The notes beneath the pieces were generated by a model. That model was not told the origin of the DNA. It saw only the letters and a list, made by a program, of their open reading frames with translations, and did not search any database. The position numbers and the translations under genes were made by a program. Shown piece by piece: positions 57,364 through 64,000 of a stretch of 64,000 nt of DNA. Within the stretch, counting starts at the first letter, position 1, and every line of letters begins with the position of its first letter. The DNA is from an uncultured Bacteroidales bacterium (GTDB lineage Bacteria > Bacteroidota > Bacteroidia > Bacteroidales > CAYRRV01): assembly GCA_964426725.1 (NCBI GenBank), contig CAYRRV010000009.1:15255-79254 (forward strand). The letters are read 5' to 3'.

Positions 57364-59088
57364 TTATTTTACAATGGTTACGGTACCGGTAAAAGGTTTA
57401 TCACCATTTTGCAGGTTCACGATATAATAGTAAGTTCCATTGGGCATGGGAGAACCTTTATAATAACCTTCCCATGCTTCATTGTATCCAGCGCTTGAAA
57501 AAACCTCGTAACCTTCTTTATTGAAAACAGTAACGGAAATATTCTCGTAGAGATGATGGTTTTTAATTTCCCATGTGTCATTATAACCATCTCCATTTGG
57601 AGTGAATGCATTGGGAATCCAGATACAACCAATGTCGGGCACGATAATAGTGTATTCTTCTTCCATCTTGCAATCATGCTGGTCAGTAATCGTGATTCGA
57701 TAAGTGCCACCTATCAGGTTAGCAATATCAGGGGTTGTTTTCCCATTGCTCCAATAATATTCATATCCTGGAATACCGCCATGCACGTTCAGTTCAATAA
57801 GACCATCATGATGGTCTTTACAAGTTACGTGATAGATGGATTCATCAATGATGATTTCATCCGGTTGCCCGATTCTCTCTTCGGCCAATAATGAGCATCC
57901 GTTGTTATCCACGATTAAAACCGTGTATTTTCCGGCGGTCACGTTCGTTAGGTTTTGGGTGGTGTCTTCATTAGACCATTTAAAACGGTAGGGCGGTGAA
58001 CCCCCGGATACGGTAAGGTCAATCCAGCCATCAGATGAAGCGTAACAATTGGCGTCTGTTGGATCAAGGTTGGCAAGGATTGGAGATGGTTCATTCACGA
58101 AAACACTGTCTTCTAAGATAATGTCATTGAAATCAGTTATTTTAACCGTGTACCAGTCTGTTTTCAGGCCCTTGATATCTTCCGCGTGTTCATTTAGCAC
58201 GATATCCGGATTTGACCATTCAAAGGTGTATGGAGGAACTCCACCGGTTACCGTCATGTCAATAGCACCATCACTGCCATGTTTACAGTTTACATCTGTC
58301 ACTTTAAATATGGCTTCCAGCGGTGGTGGCTGGGGTACAAAAATTTCGCTTTCAAGCAAACAATCATTGAAATCTTTAACCCTGGATTTATATGTTGCTG
58401 AACGGAGTTTATAAATATCCTCGAGAGTATCCGAATATTCACCTGCTGCAGTCCACTGATAATGATATGGTTTTACACCACCATTCACGGTAATGTCAAT
58501 GGCGCCATCGGCTAACCCGTAACCTGAAACCTCTGTTATCACGTGTGTTTCTTTTAATTTCGCGGGTTCTGTCACGGTAAAAGTATCAACTAACTCACAG
58601 TAGTTACCATCCAGTACCGTGGCAATATAATCACCGGCATAAAGAGGGGAGTTAATCTTGGTCATATTTCCGTTCGACCAGGAATAACTGTAATCTCCTT
58701 TACCCCCTGATACTTTTAACCTGATTTCTCCCGTGTTATCTCCATTACATAAAACATGGTCAATTTCTTCTTTCATGATTAATTTTGGAGGTTCTGCAAT
58801 TTCGATAAACTCGATAATTTCGCAACCTTTTTGATCAGTAACTTTCACGAAATAGGTTTCGGCGGTAAGATTGTTTATGGTTGCTGTAGTTGCACCATTC
58901 GACCAGAGAAAGCGGTATGGTCCGGTAGTTCCTGTTGCCACGGCTGTGGCTGACCCGGTGGCGTTACCGTAACAATCTACATCTGTTTTTGAAGTAACTA
59001 CCTGAAATTTACAAGGTGCGGCGAGGAGATTCCCCGTTGTCAGGCAGAGCATCAAGATCAATAATATTTTTAATTTATTTCGCATCAT
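57364..59088 (-). CDS. SprB-repeat protein with T9SS type-B CTD
   Basis: About six repeats C.G...G.I...V.GG..PY.Y.WSNG...L.AG.Y.V...D..GC; IPNAFTPNGDGYND CTD. Confidence 0.9.
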   Translation of the reverse strand: MMRNKLKILLILMLCLTTGNLLAAPCKFQVVTSKTDVDCYGNATGSATAVATGTTGPYRFLWSNGATTATINNLTAETYFVKVTDQKGCEIIEFIEIAEPPKLIMKEEIDHVLCNGDNTGEIRLKVSGGKGDYSYSWSNGNMTKINSPLYAGDYIATVLDGNYCELVDTFTVTEPAKLKETHVITEVSGYGLADGAIDITVNGGVKPYHYQWTAAGEYSDTLEDIYKLRSATYKSRVKDFNDCLLESEIFVPQPPPLEAIFKVTDVNCKHGSDGAIDMTVTGGVPPYTFEWSNPDIVLNEHAEDIKGLKTDWYTVKITDFNDIILEDSVFVNEPSPILANLDPTDANCYASSDGWIDLTVSGGSPPYRFKWSNEDTTQNLTNVTAGKYTVLIVDNNGCSLLAEERIGQPDEIIIDESIYHVTCKDHHDGLIELNVHGGIPGYEYYWSNGKTTPDIANLIGGTYRITITDQHDCKMEEEYTIIVPDIGCIWIPNAFTPNGDGYNDTWEIKNHHLYENISVTVFNKEGYEVFSSAGYNEAWEGYYKGSPMPNGTYYYIVNLQNGDKPFTGTVTIVK

Positions 59089-62000
59089 CTTACAATTGTT
59101 ACCAGTCCTTTTCGTAATGGGTCTCCATTGCCAATATCTACCACGTAATAATAGGTGGCTGAAGGTAAAGCTTGTCCGTTACGTGTACCATCCCAGGGTT
59201 CGGCGTTTCCTGCTGCCGAGTATATTAATTCACCCCACTTGGTGAAGACCTGTATTTTATTATCAGGGTATAAATTCAAATTTCTGATTATCCATTGATC
59301 ATTGTAACCATCTCCATTTGGTGTGAAGGCGCTGGGTATATAGATACAACCAACGTTTCTCACTGTCATTTCAAAATCAAAATATTCAACACATTCATTA
59401 TTATCCACGATAGTTGCAGAGTACATTCCCCCTGGCAGTGAACCAATAGAATCTCCTGACTCACCGGTATCCCAGTTTATCGCGTAAGGAGGATATCCTC
59501 CTCCTGGTGCAAGGGTGATTACCCCGTCTGATTCATCAATACAACTTACAGGTTCGATATCAGCAATGACATATATTTCCCTGGGTTCAAGGAGTATCGT
59601 GTTAACATGTGTTTTACATCCCAGGTTATCAGTTATGTATGCTTCATATTTTCCGGCGGGCACATCTGAAACATCTTTGGTGGTATTTCCGTTTGACCAC
59701 GCGTAACTATATGGAGGTGTGCCATTATGAACTGTTAGTATGATTTGTCCATCGTTTCCATTCGCGCACGAAAGATGTTTTTCATCAAGTGTGGCATAGA
59801 AAGGTTCCCGTGGCGCGGGTAAGACAATAGTATCGCGGAAAAAGCAAAAGTTGGAATCGTAAATTTCTATTTGGTATAACCCTTCTTTCAGGTTGGTTAA
59901 ACGTGTTGATGTATCCTCGAAAGTATATTCAGGGCCAAACCATGTAATCTCGTATGGTTTCGTTCCACCGGTCAGGTCAAGTTGCAGGATCCCGTCATCA
60001 CCCTTGTAACAACTTACTTCTTGTTCGATATTGATATTCCCGGTTAACAGGGGAGGTTCCGGCAGGTACATGGATATTTCCACGGAACAGTCATTGTCAT
60101 CAGTTATTTCAACAGAATAGTTATCGGCCACGAGGCTGTCTATATTTTGCGTTACCTCGAATGTTGACCAATGATATCGGTAGGGTGGAGTACCCCCCTT
60201 GGAGTTTATTTTTATATAACCATTGTTGTCACCATTACAGAGAGGCATCCCGTGATCATTGAAATAACTTAATAAAGGAGTTGGTTGTTCAATCAGGAAT
60301 GTATCCGAGATCGTGCACCCGTTTTGATCCCTGACAGTAATCATGTATTCACCTGCAGGGATATTGGACAAATCTTTTGTCGTTGCCCCGTTCGACCAGT
60401 TAAAGATATAGGGAGGAATCCCACCTTCTACTTCAAGAGTGATACCCCCGGTAGCATCTCCATGGCAAAGACAGTTTGTTTTTTGTCCTGTTAAGAACAT
60501 TTCCGGTGGTTCCAGAATTCTTGCTCCTCCAAGTGCCTCGCAGCCATTCACATCAGTTACTTTCACGTAATACTCGCCTGCCTTAACATTTTCCAGGTTT
60601 CTTGCAGAAGAACCGTTTGACCAGTTGTATTTGAGCGGCGCTGATGCACCCGTGTCACTCAGAAGGATATTGCCCGTGGCAGCCCCATGACATAAAATCG
60701 TGTTTGGTTCAAGATCTATCGTGAAGCGTTTGGGTTCAATCCTAAAGGTAGGTGATGAAATCGTGTTAAAATGATCAAGCTCCCATGATTCCTTGTACCA
60801 GTCGAGGTTAACAGAACCAATCGGGTATGAATCTTCCCAGAGTGGTCCCAATTGAACATCCGGTGGGTCGAAGGCCACCTCGGGAGTGGAATCACAACCG
60901 AAGATGGGAAGACAAATTTTCATCGCGGGTACCAGTACATATTTCTCAAATGTTATTGAGAATTCGAGAGCCGACAAATCTACTCTTACACCATAATTGT
61001 CGTAGGTATGATTTGTAAATTTATTACGAAGGGAAAATAATGGTTTTAGATCGAGATACTCGTATGTACAGGGGAATTTGAATTCAAGGATATCTCCAAT
61101 CCTGTAATAGATAATGCTGTCATTTCCCATGGCAATAATAGTTCCCGGTGGTCTGATAATCTGATATTCGACCCTGGAAGGAAGTTCCAGTTTTGCTTCT
61201 ACTTTTCCTGTAAATTCAAATTCCTGTTTGTTGGTAGCGCTGAACACGATATCTGTACTAAAAATGTTGTAACCTATGGTTGCAAAACAATCAATGCCGG
61301 GTATACTTAATTCATTTTTCAACTTGTATTGCGGGGCATAACTAAACAGTGTTCCTATTACATCGAATGCTGCAGTGATGTATGTATCTTCTCCCGAGGC
61401 CAGCAAGGTATTTCCCGGGGCGGTAGTAGAAATGATATCTTGTACAAGCGGCAGGTCCAGTTCACCGGAGAAGAAGGGGCTTGAATCCACGATGGTATCA
61501 CCATCTTTAACCCTTACTTTTGAAAGTTCCTTTTCTATGGTCAATGGCAGAATATCCCGGTATTTCATGGTAGGAATTACGGCGGGAGGCTCATAGCAGG
61601 CAAACCCAAGATTAGGAGGAGGGGCAAAACCGGGATAAAACGTTTCACCAGGAATCGTACTTACCTGAAAAAGAGGTCTGTCGATATTTGGGATGTTCAA
61701 GTTGAGAGTAGTACCTTTACAGTCGATAAAGCAGGCATCCATTGAGATGTAATTGTTCATGAAAAAATTGAATTTCAGTCCTGCACGGCCCCCGTTGGGA
61801 TATGTAGTAACAAGTTTTACATCATCGCCTACTTCAAAGAAGGAATTGATCCGTATGGTTTGACCTGCATTGAATGATTTGGTTTCGGGAACTACAAAAT
61901 TTACCCCGACCGGGTAAACTACCGTATCAATTCTTCCGCTTGTAAGGTCATTCAGGTAAAAACCCATGCCCATCTTTCCCCTGCTCCCGGCATCGAACCC

Positions 62001-62249
62001 AAGACCGAAATCCTGATTCAGGATGGTTTTTATGCCATCCCAGCCACCGCTTGCATTCCATCCTATATCAAATAATTCTTTTTCAAAGTCGATATGAAAA
62101 CCTGGGTTTTCCCACATACTTTGTGGTTGTAAAGTCTGAAAAGTGATGTTGTACGATACTGTATCGTACTGTCCGAATCCTTTATTTATAAAAGAGGTTA
62201 GAAGTAATACCAGGATCGCGGAACAAAAGAATTGTAACTTATTCCCCAT
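59085..62249 (-). CDS. Large surface protein: ~500-aa unknown N-terminal domain, SprB repeats, T9SS type-B CTD
   Basis: SprB repeats from about residue 510; IPSAFTPNGDGYND...TYYY CTD. Confidence 0.88.
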   Translation of the reverse strand: MGNKLQFFCSAILVLLLTSFINKGFGQYDTVSYNITFQTLQPQSMWENPGFHIDFEKELFDIGWNASGGWDGIKTILNQDFGLGFDAGSRGKMGMGFYLNDLTSGRIDTVVYPVGVNFVVPETKSFNAGQTIRINSFFEVGDDVKLVTTYPNGGRAGLKFNFFMNNYISMDACFIDCKGTTLNLNIPNIDRPLFQVSTIPGETFYPGFAPPPNLGFACYEPPAVIPTMKYRDILPLTIEKELSKVRVKDGDTIVDSSPFFSGELDLPLVQDIISTTAPGNTLLASGEDTYITAAFDVIGTLFSYAPQYKLKNELSIPGIDCFATIGYNIFSTDIVFSATNKQEFEFTGKVEAKLELPSRVEYQIIRPPGTIIAMGNDSIIYYRIGDILEFKFPCTYEYLDLKPLFSLRNKFTNHTYDNYGVRVDLSALEFSITFEKYVLVPAMKICLPIFGCDSTPEVAFDPPDVQLGPLWEDSYPIGSVNLDWYKESWELDHFNTISSPTFRIEPKRFTIDLEPNTILCHGAATGNILLSDTGASAPLKYNWSNGSSARNLENVKAGEYYVKVTDVNGCEALGGARILEPPEMFLTGQKTNCLCHGDATGGITLEVEGGIPPYIFNWSNGATTKDLSNIPAGEYMITVRDQNGCTISDTFLIEQPTPLLSYFNDHGMPLCNGDNNGYIKINSKGGTPPYRYHWSTFEVTQNIDSLVADNYSVEITDDNDCSVEISMYLPEPPLLTGNINIEQEVSCYKGDDGILQLDLTGGTKPYEITWFGPEYTFEDTSTRLTNLKEGLYQIEIYDSNFCFFRDTIVLPAPREPFYATLDEKHLSCANGNDGQIILTVHNGTPPYSYAWSNGNTTKDVSDVPAGKYEAYITDNLGCKTHVNTILLEPREIYVIADIEPVSCIDESDGVITLAPGGGYPPYAINWDTGESGDSIGSLPGGMYSATIVDNNECVEYFDFEMTVRNVGCIYIPSAFTPNGDGYNDQWIIRNLNLYPDNKIQVFTKWGELIYSAAGNAEPWDGTRNGQALPSATYYYVVDIGNGDPLRKGLVTIVR

Positions 62250-62730
62250 CCCTTAATGTTAAAAAGGAGTTATAAATAGTAGGGTATATTTCATCGTAAA
62301 CCTTTGTTAGTAAATTTACTATTACCAAAATCGTCTGATTGATATCCCCGGTAACAAAAAATAATCGGGTGAATGGAACTTCATTAATTACAGTGCTACA
62401 TTCAAAGAGATAACCATCCATTTCTCCTTCCGTGATGAATTCTTTTTGGAGTAGAATCAGGTTCTGTGAATTGAAATATCTCTCGTTTAAACTGTCTTTA
62501 TAAATTTGATAAGCTATTTGGTCAGTTTTATAGACAATCAAGGATGTTCCTGATGCCTGATGAAGAAATCTGCCAGATTTATTGGTTTCTTTGAATTCTG
62601 GTGGTAATACCAGGCTTATGCCCAAATCATCAATGATTCGACGGTTTTCATCAAGCTGTCCATTTAAATCCTGGCTAGGGAGGTTAATCGTAAAAAGTAT
62701 AAAGAAAATAAATAGTATTGCAGGCTTCAT
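62239..62730 (-). CDS. Hypothetical exported protein, first gene of the SprB/PorP cluster
   Basis: Start set at ATG 62730 (MKPAILFIFF signal); stop overlaps the next gene's start region. Confidence 0.6.
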   Translation of the reverse strand: MKPAILFIFFILFTINLPSQDLNGQLDENRRIIDDLGISLVLPPEFKETNKSGRFLHQASGTSLIVYKTDQIAYQIYKDSLNERYFNSQNLILLQKEFITEGEMDGYLFECSTVINEVPFTRLFFVTGDINQTILVIVNLLTKVYDEIYPTIYNSFLTLRDGE

Positions 62731-62833
62731 ACTAAGATTACAAATTAGAAATTTTAAATATATTGGAAAAATTTTCTTTTTGAAAGAAATCATCAATATA
62801 TTTATCAGATATTTATCAGTTATCTGAACTTCC

Positions 62834-64000
62834 ATGTTAAAATATAAATATTGTTTTTTTGTTTCCCTGCTCTATTTTCTATGTCTCCCGACTCACGCGC
62901 AATTCATGTTGACAAGCGAGAGCGTGTATTCGTCAGGAAATTATATCGTGAAAGATAATGATGACAATCTATACGTGGGTGGTGAGTTCATATGCAGGAT
63001 GGCCATGGATACTTTTAATCTTTATTATGAAAATTGCGACTCAACGAGTTTTAATCCACCTTTAAATTATTACCTGCTAAAAACCAACAGCGAGGGAAAG
63101 ATAGAGTGGGGTATCAATTCAAAAATAAGCGATGATGATGATACCTATACAGTTGCAGGACTTGCTACTGCAGCCGCAAACGGTGTATACATTGCGGGGA
63201 CCTATAATGAAAACATGTATTTTGGAGATGATACGCTGGCCACGAATTCAGTAAATGATCTTTTTATATCCCGTGTAACAACCGATGGAAATGTCACGGG
63301 AATAAAAGGTGGAGTTACTGCATCCCCGAATGCTGAAATTGAAATTTCCGGGATTATAAATGATAATCTTGGCAATGCAATGATATATGGTTCTTTTAAG
63401 GATACTTGTATAGTGGGGACAGATACCATATATTCCGCTACTTCCAGGCTGATTCTTATCAAATGCACCCCGGATCTTATCCTTAGTTTACACGGGTATG
63501 GAATTGAAATAGATTCCATATCTTCTGAGTCAAGAGTAACAGCGGCTACATTTAATTCAATTAATTCACTACTGGTAAGTATTTGGGCTTCCGATACCAC
63601 GGGTTTTGTCGTGGATGACACGCTTTCTCTCAATACCAGTGTGAATAAAACTTTTCTGGCTAGTATTTCTGAAATGGGCAATATCAGTATTTTGAGAGAA
63701 GATACAGTTGAAAATGTTTTCGCCATAAAAACAGATAATGCTGACCATATTTTCATAGCCGGGAACTATACCTCACAAGTATCAGTAGCAGGAAACCAGT
63801 TGATACCGACAGGGAGCAATGAAACTTTTATAGCCCGGCTGAATAGTGCCGGTATCCCTTTATGGACTTTAAATTCCACGGGTCAGGATGGTTCTGTTTC
63901 AGTCACCGGGAGTTCAATCGATATCGATGATGAAAATAATATTTTCTTTTGCGGAAACTTTGGTGCTTCAAGTGGTGTTTCAGGATTTCAAATAGGTGGT
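62834..64000 (+). CDS. Secreted beta-propeller-like (SBBP-type) protein, runs off the window
   Basis: Not in the ORF track. Hand translation: MLKYKYCFFVSLLYFLCLPTHAQ...DNDDNLYVGGEF...LLKTNSEGKIEW...GVYIAGTY...DLFISRVTTDGN...FIARLNSAGIPLW...DDENNIFFCGNF. Confidence 0.8.
   Translation, partial: MLKYKYCFFVSLLYFLCLPTHAQFMLTSESVYSSGNYIVKDNDDNLYVGGEFICRMAMDTFNLYYENCDSTSFNPPLNYYLLKTNSEGKIEWGINSKISDDDDTYTVAGLATAAANGVYIAGTYNENMYFGDDTLATNSVNDLFISRVTTDGNVTGIKGGVTASPNAEIEISGIINDNLGNAMIYGSFKDTCIVGTDTIYSATSRLILIKCTPDLILSLHGYGIEIDSISSESRVTAATFNSINSLLVSIWASDTTGFVVDDTLSLNTSVNKTFLASISEMGNISILREDTVENVFAIKTDNADHIFIAGNYTSQVSVAGNQLIPTGSNETFIARLNSAGIPLWTLNSTGQDGSVSVTGSSIDIDDENNIFFCGNFGASSGVSGFQIGG

Noticed and set aside
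63202-63756. 184-aa minus-strand ORF in the track
   Set aside because: It is the antisense shadow of the open + strand secreted protein starting at 62834.
1-64000. Many 60-220 aa ORFs antisense to or overlapping confident genes (e.g. 1406..1780, 24871..25479, 34233..34787, 37855..38529, 50950..51441)
   Set aside because: They have no motifs and fully overlap well-supported genes, so they are shadow ORFs.
1-64000. CRISPR array, tRNA/rRNA, transposase, prophage, stop-codon recoding
   Set aside because: No regularly spaced repeats, cloverleafs, transposase or phage motifs were seen. The encapsulin is an HK97-fold shell paired with ferritin cargo, not a phage capsid. Recognised genes are full length in the standard code.

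Overview
A 64 kb AT-rich chromosomal window from a Bacteroidota genome, probably an anaerobic Bacteroidales or Marinilabiliales relative. Evidence for the lineage: TAnnTTTG -7 promoters, T9SS PorP/SprF with type-B CTD cargo, a long-tailed RpsP, DUF2723 and nrfHA. Contents: (i) a cheB-cheR-sensor-cheR block built around a membrane HAMP-GAF-PAS 'receptor' with no MCP signalling or kinase domain, plus a second paralog converging on a stand-alone CheY; (ii) a paeninodin/pseudomycoidin-type lasso-peptide tailoring set (kinase, sulfotransferase, RRE B1, peptidase B2, nucleotidyltransferase) with no cyclase or precursor visible; (iii) housekeeping genes (dapD, rimM, rpsP, two PPi-type PFKs, nrfHA, patB); (iv) a ~17 kb stress island (App1, DAGK, ChaB/YdaT-like peptide, encapsulin plus ferritin-like cargo, OtsA-OtsB fusion with a mutated HAD nucleophile, MlaDFE, HdeD, NtrC-type activator plus hybrid kinase) whose intergenic regions carry recurrent sigma-54-like -24/-12 boxes, a shared GKGG-N8-CCMC motif and a candidate sRNA; (v) thioredoxins, MFS, site-2 protease, lipoprotein SOD and a methyltransferase/ATP-grasp fusion; (vi) a T9SS SprB-repeat/PorP cluster. 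A ~90 bp element recurs three times in intergenic DNA. No rRNA, tRNA, CRISPR array or transposase was seen. All assignments come from reading motifs by eye; no database searches were run.
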